A stretch of DNA of 64,000 nucleotides. Origin: an uncultured Nitrososphaeraceae archaeon. GTDB taxonomy: Archaea > Thermoproteota > Nitrososphaeria > Nitrososphaerales > Nitrososphaeraceae. Below the pieces are notes generated by a model. It saw nothing but the letters and a program-made list of their open reading frames with translations. It did no database searches and was not told the DNA's origin. The stretch is taken from contig CAWIMJ010000021.1 of NCBI GenBank assembly GCA_963837175.1, positions 1 to 64,000 of the forward strand, given 5' to 3'. Position 1 is the stretch's first letter. Every line of letters begins with the position of its first letter. This document shows, in pieces, positions 1 to 11,642 of the stretch. A program made the position numbers and the translations under genes.

Positions 1-624
1 CATCTCATTTGCATCAAAATCATCTAATTTTTTACTCATAAAGAATAAGATAACGATCTATACATAAATGCGAAAGACAACTATAAGGTATCATTGTAAT
101 AAACGTTCTGTTCCATAATTAAACATTCTAATCAAATAATCGCTATTTCCTCGCAGTTTCATATCAACAACTATGTTGTACAAAGACGCCTTAAGAAGCA
201 TGTATGTATATTATATCCAGCAGTTAGATAGAGGAATTAGGATAGTCATACTGCTCTCACCAACCTTGATATTATTCGTATCTCTTTCTGTCTCTCTCTA
301 CATCCCACCCATCTATCAATTACATCAAAAAATCCAATACCACTTCACCATCACGTCTAACTAGTAATTTATTGTAGTTAGAATATCAGCTTACCAATGT
401 GACAGACCATCAAGAAGACAGGTAAAAAAAACATATGCAGCTTGGTCAAACATCGCTAATAAGATGGTGAATCATGCAGCAAGGATAGTATTAAACAAAA
501 ATTTAATATTTAACAGCTGTATAAAAGAGTGACATGAATCTATACTTCTGATAATAATATCTACTTCATAAAGTAATCTGAATGTTACATAAATATTATT
601 ATGTATCGTCTTATCTAATTTTGT

Positions 625-798
625 TCAATTAACCCATATTTTCTTACTTTTTTCTATTACTTCAGACTCTAACCGTACTGCAGGAAAAATTCGAGTTGTC
701 CGCTGGCGCTCTTCTTTTTCAATAGATTTAAGGAGCCTAGAAATGCTCTCTTCTTCGAGAAGAGAGCTCAATATTCTCTCCAATATAGATTCTTTCAA
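625..798 (-). CDS. Small hypothetical protein (57 aa, MKESILERILSSLLEEES...KKIWVN), below the ORF track cutoff
   Basis: Translated by hand from a TTG start; helical charged composition, GC-richer than flanks. Confidence 0.4.
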   Translation of the reverse strand: MKESILERILSSLLEEESISRLLKSIEKEERQRTTRIFPAVRLESEVIEKSKKIWVN

Positions 799-1195
799 CG
801 CTATAGCTCTATAGCTAAATTATTTAATAATTACTGTTTATTAGTAATATAATTATTATTAGTATATATATCAATGAATGAGTTATAAGATTTACTTTAC
901 GAAGAAAGTTCAAGAATTCTCATCGGATATATATGTATAAATTGGTGTTTAATAGATCTATCATTAACAATTATGATGCAGTTAACAATTGAATATTATT
1001 ATCATAAATATTACTATTGATGCTTATCTATTCAATAGACCTCCTTTCTAAGGATTATGTGAATGAAGGCATTGACTTGTTGTGCTGACCAGAGATAGCT
1101 TCGTGTAACTCGATCTATCTTTCATAATACACAGTTCAAAATACCTTGAAATGTAAAGAGGATTATTTATTTTTGAATTGAGTAGAATGAAGAGA

Positions 1196-1720
1196 TTAAC
1201 TAATTAATTGTAAATCGGCATGTGTTCCTATCTTTATACTATGCTTTTTAGCAAAACCAGATACTGTCTCCAAAACGTAAAATGAATCTTTGTCTGGAAT
1301 ATAAATTGGACAGAGAAAAGGAAATGTTATAATACATGGTTGCAGATTATTTCTTATATAAACAACTGTACCATTATTATCTAACCAAATAATATCAATG
1401 GGAAATTTCATATTTTTCATCCAGAATCCTTGTCTTGTAGGCTGTTCGTAAACAAATAACATTCCCTCATTTTCGTTTAAATGGTCTTTAACAGATAAAC
1501 CATTTACCTGTTGATCATTTGTAACAGCCAAGTATACTCTCAACTCAAAGTCATTTATTATTACCTTCGCTTGCAAATACCCGTCATTAAGAATAGATTC
1601 AACTCCTTTGAGAAAATTTTCATATCCTTCTGTGGTATTAGATAGAGAACTCATCATCAAAAATAAAGATATTCCAGATAATATCACAGCGATTATAAGT
1701 TTAATAATTTTGAACATCAC
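1196..1720 (-). CDS. DUF192 family membrane-anchored protein
   Basis: GL...L..NEGMLFVY, FWMKNMKFPIDIIWLD and YVLET.SG motifs; N-terminal hydrophobic helix. Confidence 0.9.
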   Translation of the reverse strand: MMFKIIKLIIAVILSGISLFLMMSSLSNTTEGYENFLKGVESILNDGYLQAKVIINDFELRVYLAVTNDQQVNGLSVKDHLNENEGMLFVYEQPTRQGFWMKNMKFPIDIIWLDNNGTVVYIRNNLQPCIITFPFLCPIYIPDKDSFYVLETVSGFAKKHSIKIGTHADLQLIS

Positions 1721-2065
1721 GTTTAAATTATATCTTCTTATTTGTGATTGTAATTTATACTTAGGCTATAGTTCAGCAAAGAACCTGACTTACTAATACT
1801 ATTATCAATCTTTTTCTTCAAACATATAGCGAAGAGTAGAGGTGTTACTTAGCAGCAGAAAATAGACGTTTATTTATTTATACATAGCAAAATATAGATT
1901 CTAGTATCTGTTTCGCTAATTTACATACGATTTAATTTGCTTATCATGAGTTGACTATATTAGGAAGGAAGGAAACTTACTTTTTTTAGTCAGACTATCT
2001 AGACGAACCTTATGCTCTAGTGTTTCATACATTGGATTAAATGATTCATTTTAGTTTAAGCGAGA

Positions 2066-3094
2066 ATGATTGTATCTTTACCAAAAAGAGATTTAAACTC
2101 TAGAATAAAAGAAATAATAGAAATGAAAGAAAGCACCACTTTATATAATCAAGATTCTATAGGAAGTAACTCATGGTGGCTAAGGGAAACAAAAGGAGCA
2201 ACTATATCGGATAAATTATATCTGTCTTTTTTAAAACTTGTATATCGAGGTTTAAGATTTTCATTTAAAATAGCTTTAGGTAAGAAAAGAACAGACATAT
2301 TCTATGCTAAAAGAAACATTAATTTCAAAGACTTTTTGTATAGATCTATAAAATTTTTAAAAATAGGTGATCCGCTAATGTTAGAAATTCACGTACCTAA
2401 ACATAATTACAACATTTACTGTCCTCTTAATAAGGAAGATTTTATAGTTATGACAAGACATGAAGATGATATAATTGAACGGTTTCTTCCCAAAAAAGGA
2501 GATATAGTTGTAGATATTGGTGCACATATGGGCCGGTATACAATAATAAGCTCAAAACGAGTTGGTACAAATGGAAAAGTAATTGCTATTGAGGCTCATC
2601 CGGGCAATTTTGAAATGTTAAATCGTAATATCAAACTAAATCAGTTAACTAATGTTATACCTTTGAATTATGCAGTATATTCTAAAGAAACAAAAATAAA
2701 ACTGTATTTGCCAGATGAAGAATCAGGTTATACTATGCACCATAGCATAATGTCCGATTATCTTTTTACAAAATATGAAGATAAAACTGAAGATAAATTT
2801 GTAGAAGTAAATGCTAATACATTAGATTATCTATTACAGCTAAAAGGAATAACGGATGTGAACTGGGTTAAAATTGATGTGGAGGGAGCAGAATTTGAAG
2901 TGTTAAAAGGTGCCAACAATTTATTATCAAACAGTAAAGATATAGCTCTTCTTATAGAAGTCCATGGCAAGAATACTTACGAGCCAATAATCAAGTATCT
3001 CAGATCATACAATTTCAAGATAGATTTCGAAAAGATCTATGAAAATGGAGAGAAACACATAATTGCAGTAAAAGATAGTTCAATATTACAATAG
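2066..3094 (+). CDS. FkbM family SAM-dependent methyltransferase
   Basis: VVDIGAHMGRYT, VIAIEAHP.NF, KIDVEGAEFEVLKG, IEVH motifs. Confidence 0.92.
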   Translation: MIVSLPKRDLNSRIKEIIEMKESTTLYNQDSIGSNSWWLRETKGATISDKLYLSFLKLVYRGLRFSFKIALGKKRTDIFYAKRNINFKDFLYRSIKFLKIGDPLMLEIHVPKHNYNIYCPLNKEDFIVMTRHEDDIIERFLPKKGDIVVDIGAHMGRYTIISSKRVGTNGKVIAIEAHPGNFEMLNRNIKLNQLTNVIPLNYAVYSKETKIKLYLPDEESGYTMHHSIMSDYLFTKYEDKTEDKFVEVNANTLDYLLQLKGITDVNWVKIDVEGAEFEVLKGANNLLSNSKDIALLIEVHGKNTYEPIIKYLRSYNFKIDFEKIYENGEKHIIAVKDSSILQ

Positions 3095-3271
3095 ATCTGT
3101 ATCTTTAGATGGCAGGTTTTTTACCAGTTACTAATAGATTATCATCTCGTTCTCATGATTTATATCAAACTTCCGAAGTGATAATAAAAAAAGCAACAGA
3201 TAAGTCATCATTCCAAAATGAAGACAATTGGAAATTATCGTTAACGAATTCGAATATGATAACAAATTGAA

Positions 3272-4333
3272 TTAGTATTTTTGAAAAACAAGCATTACTG
3301 AAGTAAGTAATATGTCCTTAACCCTAAGAAGTACCAATGGATGAGTTTTTTTAAATTCATCATCCATAGATGTATCCCAATAAATTGCTGAAGAATAATC
3401 GATAACAGTATCTAATGTATTTGTTGTTATTCTTAAATCAAGAGGTTCTACAAGTTTCAGCTTTTCTAATTTATTGATTAAATCAGAATATATCGTTCGT
3501 TCATTAAAGAATTCAGGATGTTCCTTATTATTAATTATGTATTCAGTAGCTATTACAGCTATTCCCCCACGCTTTAAAACACGCTCTATCTCTCTTAAAC
3601 TTCTTAAAGCTCCTGAATGATTCTTTCCACCAAAATGCTCTATAGAAGAAAAAGAGAATGCTATATCAAAATTCTCAGAAGGAAATTCAAGTTTAGTGCC
3701 ATCCATTCTTAATACTGTTAAGGCATCTTCATTATATGGGAAAGGCGCATACTTCTTTGGATTTTCAGGAAAATCTGAGGGGGCAAAATTTTTCCAGTCT
3801 CTCGCATCATAAAGATCAGTTGCATAAACATGATTGATATTATTTGCTAGATAAAATAGAATTTCTTCTCGTCCTGCGCCAACACCTATTGCTTTGCTAT
3901 TTTTATTTAATTTACCAAATCTACGCATGGCTACTATGCCAAGTGCCCATTCCCAATCCTTTCTATGAATAAAACCTGGTTTGCGCATATTTATTATATT
4001 TGTATTCATTTCCCAATCTTTTCTATGAATATAGTCTGATAGACTTACCTTTTGTAATTCAGAAATTATACTCTTGATTTCTATTTTATTCCAATCCTCC
4101 ACATGACATACTCCGTTTAACTTGGGATCATCATTTGGATTTATGCAATAAGATGATGTTCTTTTCAAATTCGATATGAACTCCTTGATTTCGTTTTCAG
4201 CTTGTCTTTCATCTTTTCTTTCATCTAATCTTCTGATCTTATTTCTTATCTCTTCTGCCTTCTTACACTGGATAATATCTTTTATTATTGACGGATGACG
4301 TCTCACAGAGTCAATTTTCGTTTTTAAAGTCAA
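3272..4333 (-). CDS. Class I SAM-dependent methyltransferase
   Basis: IGVGAGRE motif I, MDGTKLEF, FDIAFSFSSIEH, RVLKRGG. Confidence 0.85.
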   Translation of the reverse strand: MTLKTKIDSVRRHPSIIKDIIQCKKAEEIRNKIRRLDERKDERQAENEIKEFISNLKRTSSYCINPNDDPKLNGVCHVEDWNKIEIKSIISELQKVSLSDYIHRKDWEMNTNIINMRKPGFIHRKDWEWALGIVAMRRFGKLNKNSKAIGVGAGREEILFYLANNINHVYATDLYDARDWKNFAPSDFPENPKKYAPFPYNEDALTVLRMDGTKLEFPSENFDIAFSFSSIEHFGGKNHSGALRSLREIERVLKRGGIAVIATEYIINNKEHPEFFNERTIYSDLINKLEKLKLVEPLDLRITTNTLDTVIDYSSAIYWDTSMDDEFKKTHPLVLLRVKDILLTSVMLVFQKY

Positions 4334-4986
4334 ATATTCAGATTAAGGATTTTTTGAGATTATATTTAAGCTTATGCTAGATAGTATGATTCTATTTTTG
4401 ATAAAATCATATTTTACGTAAATATTTAGCACCGTATTCTCTGACGATATTCATAAATATATTTAGCCTATCGTCTTCCTCTTTATGGCATTTAATACAT
4501 CTTCTATTTCCTGACATGTTTTGATACATTCAAACAATAAATTAATTATGAACCATTATTCCTTCCATTCACCTTTGTCTTTTACTACCTCAGTATAGGA
4601 ACACAGAAAATGCAGATTCATATCCAGTTCTAGATTAAGATAAATCTATAACTTAATTTACAGTGTTATTCTAATAAACTCTCCAGTATCAGATATGTTA
4701 GAAGGAAGTAATCAATGTATCCATTCATTGTAGAGACTCAAAGAAATTTATTGATATCTTACACGTCTTTGGAAGGTCAGAAGATGTTTATGCTTATGTT
4801 ATATGCTATTACAAAAAAGGAATAGTAATATGGATAAAATAAGTCACTTAATCAATAACCATAAAGGCTAATGAAATGTGATGCATCATATTATGCGATA
4901 TACATGATGACAGAAAATAATGCTATGTGGTGAATAAAGAATCTCAGAATTCTGGTTCCTAAACTTAGGAATGATCTGTCATGCAA

Positions 4987-5310
4987 TCAATCTTCGCTGA
5001 TTAGAATCAGATGATTATTATATTCTAGAGCAAGACTTTTTTGCCTAAGCTTCAAACGAATTTTATTTGCATACTTTATCATTCTTTCTTCATCGATATC
5101 ATTCGTGTGGATTTCAGCACGAGTATACTTGATTGGTTCCAATTTTCCTTCAAAATATCCGTCAAATTCAATGAGAGATAATGCACCATATTGTGAAGCC
5201 ATCTCATGCACAATTTCCAAAAAGCCTTCAACTCTAGGCAAATAAAATTTTATTGAATCAGATAATATTGTTACATTAACATTGTCAGTTTTTCCTTTAG
5301 TGTCGTTCAT
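4987..5310 (-). CDS. Hypothetical protein (possible small ferredoxin-like fold)
   Basis: Clean 107-aa ORF with ATG start and alternating beta/alpha pattern; no firm family call. Confidence 0.6.
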   Translation of the reverse strand: MNDTKGKTDNVNVTILSDSIKFYLPRVEGFLEIVHEMASQYGALSLIEFDGYFEGKLEPIKYTRAEIHTNDIDEERMIKYANKIRLKLRQKSLALEYNNHLILISED

Positions 5311-5489
5311 TACTTAATTGTCGTACAAGAATCATATAGCCCCGTTTATAATTACTATACTATGTAGTCAATCCTTTTACAGTCAATTAATCAAATACAT
5401 AGATGCAACGGAGATATTACCAGTTTTCAATTACTATATATTCTTCATGTCAATAAGAATTCATAAATAGGCTCACTGAATCTTCATTA

Positions 5490-6140
5490 TCAAGCCAATT
5501 TAATTGTCAATTCTTCTCCATTGCCAATTGGTATCATCATAGATTGAATGTTCGGTTTATTTTTAATATAATTGGTATAATTTGTCATCATTGACCGATA
5601 TTCTTCTGGATATAACATATTGTCAGTGGCAATAATCCCACCGACTCTTACCATTGGAAGAACTATATCAAAATAATGTCTTAAATTTTCTTTGTCTGCA
5701 TCAAAGAACACAAAGTCAAATAATCGATCTCCGTCTTTTAGATAATTTTTTGAAATCTCAGATAGTACATCATCTGCCTGGCCTTCCTTTAAATCTATAA
5801 TATTTTTAATCCCTGCTTCATCAAAATTCTTATTAGCTCTTTCAACCTTTGAGTGATCCATTTCTATTGTAATGATGCTCTTTTCTGGTCTTGTATTACT
5901 AACCTCATTTATTTGCATTAATGCTTCTGCAAACCAAAGAGTAGAGTAACCATAAGATGTTCCTATTTCAAGAATTCTTTTTGCTCTCATAGCCTTCAAT
6001 GTTATGTTAAAAAATGTACCTGTATCTGATGTAATTGCAAGCATCATTTCTGACCTTGGTACCACTACTTCTCCTAATCGTTCAAGTTTTGATTGTTCCT
6101 CTAATTTAGAGAGTACTTTCGAAATCTTAGTATTGATCAC
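5490..6140 (-). CDS. O-methyltransferase (caffeoyl-CoA OMT/YrrM-like)
   Basis: ILEIGTSYGYSTLW, FDFVFFDADKEN, GGIIATDN. Confidence 0.92.
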   Translation of the reverse strand: MINTKISKVLSKLEEQSKLERLGEVVVPRSEMMLAITSDTGTFFNITLKAMRAKRILEIGTSYGYSTLWFAEALMQINEVSNTRPEKSIITIEMDHSKVERANKNFDEAGIKNIIDLKEGQADDVLSEISKNYLKDGDRLFDFVFFDADKENLRHYFDIVLPMVRVGGIIATDNMLYPEEYRSMMTNYTNYIKNKPNIQSMMIPIGNGEELTIKLA

Positions 6141-6545
6141 TACTACTACTTTATAAATATAAAATTATTTAACCACTATGATCATATCATATTATATGAT
6201 TTTTCTTGGCAAGGGGATATTAAATGTATTAAGTTTTTAATAATATACATTAAAGCCTGATACAATATTAAAATTTATTCTAACTATTAGAAATATATTT
6301 CTATGATTAATCACAACTATCCAATAATAGACTAAAATCCTAAATAAGAAAAGTTTTATTAGATAAAAAATTTTTCGACTAGTGATATTATATACTGTGC
6401 TTGAAAATTTATCATTTTATCCTTACAATGCATTCAACAACACAAGTATCAAGCACTTATAAATTGCTACCTCTTTATTGCCTGGATGTGATATACTCTT
6501 GGATTATATATTTATCTTGAATTTTTGATAAATTAGATAGAGTAG

Positions 6546-9504
6546 CTAATCGCCGCTCTTTCCACTCTTTCCACTCTTTCCACTCTTTCCGCTCTTTCCA
6601 CTCTTTCCACTATCGCCACTCTTTCCACTCTTCCCACTATCGCCACTCTTTCCACTCTTTCCACTATCGCCGCTCTTTCCGCTCTTTCCACTATCGCCGC
6701 TCTTTTCACTCTTTCCACTATCGCCGCTCTTTCCACTCTTTCCACTATCGCCGCTCTTTCCACTATCGCCGCTCTTTCCACTATCGCTCTTTCCACTATC
6801 GCTGCTCTTTCCACTATCGCCGCTCTTTCCACTCTTCCCGCTATCGCTGCTCTTTCCACTATCGCCGCTCTTTCCACTATCGCTGCTCTTTCCACTATCG
6901 CCGCTCTTTCCACTATCGCTGCTCTTTCCACTATCGCTCGCTCTTTCCACTATCGCTGCTCTTTCCACTATCGCTCGCTCTTTCCACTATCGCTGCTCTT
7001 TCCACTATCGCTGCTCTTTCCACTATCGCTGCTCTTTCCACTATCGCTCGCTCTTTCCACTATCGCTGCTCTTTCCACTATCGCTGCTCTTTCCACTATC
7101 GCTGCTCTTTCCACTATCGCTGCTCTTTCCACTATCGCTGCTCTTTCCACTATCGCTGCTCTTTCCACTATCGCTGCTCTTTCCACTATCGCTGCTCTTT
7201 CCACTATCGCTGCTCTTTTCGCTCTTTCCAGTCTTTGCACTATCTCCAGTGCTTACACTACTAATAGTAGCAGTGCTACTATCTCCAGTCTTTCCACTAT
7301 CGCTGCTCTTTCCACTATCGCTGCTCTTTCCACTATCGCTCGCTCTTTCCAGTCTTTGCACTATCTCCAGTGCTTACACTACTAATAGTAGCAGTGCTAC
7401 TATCTCCAGTCTTTGCACTATCTCCAGTCTTTGCACTATCTCCAGTCTTTGCACTATCTCCAGTCTTTGCACTATCTCCAGTCTTTGCACTATCTCCAGT
7501 CTTTGCACTATCTCCAGTCTTTGCACTATCTCCAGTCTTTGCACTATCTCCAGTGCTTACACTACTAATAGTAGCAGTGCTACTATCTCCAGTCTTTGCA
7601 CTATCTCCAGTCGTTGCACTATCTCCAGTCTTTGCACTATCTCCAGTGCTTACACTACTAATAGTAGCAGTGCTACTATCTCCAGTCTTTGCACTATCTC
7701 CAGTCTTTGCACTATCTCCAGTCGTTGCACTATCTCCAGTCTTTGCACTATCTCCAGTGCTTACACTGCTAGTAGTAGCAGTGCTGTCACTACTAGCTAA
7801 TGGTGGTGTTATTGCACCATTTTCAACTGCTGATATATCAGCTGAAATTTCTTTTGACTCTTCAACATTGGATGTTGCTAAATCTAATGTCATCGTTGAA
7901 TCTTCACGCAAGCCTAGTGGTTCAGCTGAGTTAGGATCTGCTATATTAGTTTGTCCAGCCCCCGGTATGCCAAGACTTTTCTCAAATGGTTCTTTTTGTT
8001 CTGTTAGTAGTAGAGATTTCAGTCCTGGTACTGGCTGTTGTTCTGATATTACCGATGGTTCTTTTTGTTCTGTTAGTAGTAGAGATTTCAGTCCTGGTAC
8101 TGGCTGTTGTTCTCCCGACTTCTCCGTTCCTGCTAAGAAAGACAATACACCTTCATCTGATTTTCCTGGGCCAGTAACTTTTTCTCTATCTGCTGGAAGT
8201 GATGCGGGTTCAGATATCTTTACTTCTTCTAATGCCACTCCTGGATCTATATCTGCAGATAATTTATCCGCCACAAAATCTGAAGCTTGGTTTGCAGCAT
8301 GATCGTAACCACCTTCGTATAGTTTTGCAACAGCACCTATTTTGTTTAATACGATGGGATTCGCTGCCACATCTGTTTCAAGATTGCGTAGAGATTGTAG
8401 AGCTTTAGAGTGTCCAGCATCGTTGGCAACTCTGACAAAAAAATCACTTAGAGATAATATTGCTGCTTTGACTGAAACATCAGTTTGCTTAGATATTATT
8501 ATTGCGATTTTATGTATATTCATCTTGATATCAGCGTTTAATACACATTCAATACAAAATTCTGCCTTGCCACCGTCGTTGTTGTTATCGTCGTTGTTGC
8601 TACCGTCGTTGTTGTTATCGTCGTTGTTGTTACCGTCGTTGTTGCTGCTTTTGAATACCTCTTTTACATTCTGTATAGTTGCACCGCTTTTTCCATCATC
8701 ATGTGTATCTTGTTTTACAAGCTGCAATATTGTTTGTGCTATAATTCCATTGGGATTATTTGCCACTTGATTTGCAATCTGACATATAGACTGTGCGGTT
8801 ACAACCTTTCCTTGTGTGTGGAAAATTTGCAGAGCTATTTGTATAATTATTGATTCTACCTTTTCTGTAGGGATGCCAGCTTGATTTGCAAGTATCTGTG
8901 CCGCCTGTCTTAGGTGTTCGTTTACGTTAGTAGATTCACCGCATGCTAATTGAAGAGCTATATTGACTAGCGACTGCGATATACTTTTACCACTAGATTT
9001 TTCCTGTATGATTTCTTTCTCAATAGCTGCTACATTACCACTAGATGCTAGTTGTGCGACATTGGCTAATGATTGTGATACACTACCAAACGGATATGTG
9101 GTAACTTGCAAAGATATCTGACGCATTTCTTCAATAGCCTGTTCTTCATTAGATGTTTGAGCTGTTTGCCGAGCTAATTGTACAAGTATTTGTTGAACCT
9201 GGACTGGATTAGTATCTGGATTTGTGCTCGATATTCTCTGTATAATCTGATTGATTGTTTTGATAATAGTATCCCCTTTATCATTAGCAACGGTACTAGA
9301 TGGAGTTTCTGATTTTTTTGATGCTACGGTACTAGATGGAGTTTCTGATTTTTTTGATGCTACGGTACTAGATGGAGTTTCTGATTTTTTTGATGCTACG
9401 GTACTAGATGGAGTTTCTGATTTTTTTGATGCTACGGTACTAGATGGAGTTTCTGATTTTTTTGATGCTACGGTACTAGATGGAGTGAATGATCTGATTT
9501 TCAT
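6546..9504 (-). CDS. Large low-complexity repeat protein, read through four +1 breaks in the C-terminal repeats
   Basis: ORF 7333-9504 continues in ORFs 7041-7361, 6968-7240 and 6546-6968; each break coincides with a 19-nt variant (ctatcgctcgctctttcca) of an 18-nt unit. Confidence 0.7.
6549..7790 (-). repeat. Coding tandem repeats: 18-bp SDSGKS/GDSGKS units, 9-bp GKS units, and 18-bp GDSAKT units with STATISSVST inserts
   Basis: Visible arrays of ctatcgctgctctttcca and ctatctccagtctttgca. Confidence 0.97.
9287..9486 (-). repeat. 36-bp coding tandem repeat (TPSSTVASKKSE), 5 full copies plus a partial one
   Basis: gctacggtactagatggagtttctgatttttttgat head-to-tail with no spacers. Confidence 0.97.
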
Positions 9505-9662
9505 TTGATGATAGGCAATTGTTTTTCTAGATAGGCATTGTAATATCTATCTTTAATTTCTGCATGCTACTGTTGTTGATGTACCATTACTGAATGGGAC
9601 ATAAAAGGATGAGTATTATTTTCAGTTGTTGATAATGCCTTATGGCAATTGTTTTTCTTCTA

Positions 9663-10283
9663 TTACGATAGGATTGGTAAAATATCCCTACTATCTTTAA
9701 TTTCTGCTCCTACTGCTAATGCTGCTGTTGTTGATGTACCATTACCTAAATTTGTACTATTGCTTAAAGTTGTACTATTGCCTCTTATTGGTAAGGGTTG
9801 CGGTTGATTTTGATCAGATGGTAATCCTATGACATTTACGCTATTCCATTTTGTTAAATTAGTAGGATTATTAGCACAAGATAATTTTGAAGTTAGTTCA
9901 TTTGTTCCATTTGTAATAAGATGGTAATTGTTAGTATATGTAAACTTCCATGTAGAATAATCATTTACTCCACCACTACCAGTTGCAACAGCTTTTTGAA
10001 ATGGCTTTAGGTTATTCCAATCAGTATATACTGTACAATCACTAGTTGCATTATCAGTAGATATTCCTGAAATGGTAAGCTTGCCAACTGGCACTTGTTG
10101 GCCTGTACTTGGTGATGTAACCTTTATACCTATTATTGGCGATGGCTGCTGTTGTTGTGCATATATAATGATATTAGCTGGAAAGGCATAAAAAAATATT
10201 ATTCCAAAAGTAAATAACAGTATTAATTTTTTGAAGATAGGTTGGTTAAATCTTTTCATACTTAATCTATCAAAATAATGCAT
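9663..10283 (-). CDS. Secreted protein with a beta-rich (Ig-like) domain; probably the N-terminus of the 6546-9504 repeat protein
   Basis: Signal-like hydrophobic N-terminus; IGIKVTSP...STDNATSDCTVY...NELTSKLSC domain closely matches 57091-58190; the IEEKQ segment seen in the paralog continues in another frame past 9663. Confidence 0.75.
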   Translation of the reverse strand: MHYFDRLSMKRFNQPIFKKLILLFTFGIIFFYAFPANIIIYAQQQQPSPIIGIKVTSPSTGQQVPVGKLTISGISTDNATSDCTVYTDWNNLKPFQKAVATGSGGVNDYSTWKFTYTNNYHLITNGTNELTSKLSCANNPTNLTKWNSVNVIGLPSDQNQPQPLPIRGNSTTLSNSTNLGNGTSTTAALAVGAEIKDSRDILPILS

Positions 10284-10417
10284 ATAATAAAGTTGAGATT
10301 AACGAGAACTTAGATATATAGTATTTAACCATTATGTTCAATAATTAAGAAGTAGACCTTAGCTATCCTGGTAAGTATAGAAGCTTTTCATACTTAAAAG
10401 TCCTGATTGCATATAGC

Positions 10418-11143
10418 GGCTCTGTTAACTTAACCAAGATCCATCAAGAACGCTATGAATTTTATTCTATCTGTTTTTATAGGTAGATATAATATAAACA
10501 TTTTAATCCAATTGTTGACATGCTTTCTTTCACATTCTTCTTTGTTGCATGGAAAATGATCATCAAACATTCTGTTCTATCTTTTATTTGTTGTATGAAT
10601 CTTTCTATCATATTCTTCATTTCAGTTCCATATACTCTATGCTTGAGTCTTAACCATTTACAGGCATGATTATACCAATGAGCACCATCTGTATGGATTG
10701 GCTTCCTTATTCCTTATTTTTTCCTAATCTGCTTGAAAAATTAATAACAAACAAAAATAGTCCTTTCTCTAGAGATATGAAATAACAAACAGACATGCAA
10801 ATTTTAGCTCATATGCTAACCATAACCAATCATCCTTACCATTTATCTTAAACAAAGTATCATCTACAAATATTTTCCTAACAGAATGTCTGTTTACTTT
10901 GAATCTATCATATGATTAGGAATACTTCTGCATCCATTTCCATATAGATACATGGATCTTTTTGTAATTGGTTCTAAAGACTTACATCCAAACCTGTAAC
11001 TCCTAGAACTAAAATACATGTATAATCCATATGCTACTATAGCGGGGTCTGTTCTATTACGTTTAGCAATATTCATGAAATTACTTAGAACATACTCAGC
11101 TTTAGATTATGAACCAATAGAACTTAATTAAGTTAAAAGAGCC
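10418..11143 (-). mobile_element. Decayed IS6-family insertion sequence (frameshifted DDE transposase)
   Basis: Terminal IRs GGCTCTGTTAACTTAA / TTAAGTTAAAAGAGCC; fragments FVDDT, TDGAHWY, ERFIQQIKDRTECLMI; only an eroded target duplication. Confidence 0.9.
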
Positions 11144-11365
11144 ATGCAGCATAGAAAAGAATTAAATCATAATGATATCAAGTTCATTATTTGTAGCACA
11201 TGTATCAGTAAAAATGCCTACTAAGGATAGGAGTCTAATGGATAAAATAATCTACGTGATAAAAATTCGACTAATTAATACAGGAGAGTTAAGAATTTAC
11301 AAATTTAAGACAATGTGTAATATTATTCGGTCCTTATTCTATAAACAAGTTGATTGTCTACTGTA

Positions 11366-11642
11366 GGTTCTGTTAACTTAAGAATAATTTTTCCCTTTTT
11401 AACTTCTCTATCTGCTTAATTGCTATATCCCAATCAAATTCTAATTTCTTTATTTTTACAAATCCATTCCTGGTCAACAAATAAGTCAAGAATTCTCCAT
11501 CTTTTACGCTCAGTTTTTCTCTAACTTTTTTAGGTAATGTAACCCTTCCTCCCTTCATTATTCTAGAATCTCCTAAAACTTTCTCAATATACATGCTAGT
11601 ATCTACTTAAGAGATATAGAAAACTGTTAAGTTAACAGAGCC
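11366..11642 (-). mobile_element. Non-autonomous IS6-derived mini-element (277 bp) carrying an AbrB-type gene
   Basis: IRs GGTTCTGTTAACTTAA (11366-11381) and TTAAGTTAACAGAGCC (11627-11642); perfect 8-bp flanking repeat CTACTGTA at 11358-11365 and 11643-11650; no transposase inside. Confidence 0.93.
11373..11594 (-). CDS. AbrB/MazE/SpoVT family DNA-binding protein
   Basis: SRIMKGGRVTLPKKVREKLSVKDGEFL signature of the swapped-hairpin fold. Confidence 0.92.
   Translation of the reverse strand: MYIEKVLGDSRIMKGGRVTLPKKVREKLSVKDGEFLTYLLTRNGFVKIKKLEFDWDIAIKQIEKLKREKLFLS

Noticed and set aside
6533-8770. Overlapping ORFs (ERAAIV, LSPVFA, SSLCTI repeats) as separate genes
   Set aside because: These are alternative frames and antisense shadows of stop-free 18-bp repeats
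9287-9486. 36-bp repeats as a CRISPR array
   Set aside because: Units are head-to-tail with no spacers, keep the reading frame, and no cas genes are present
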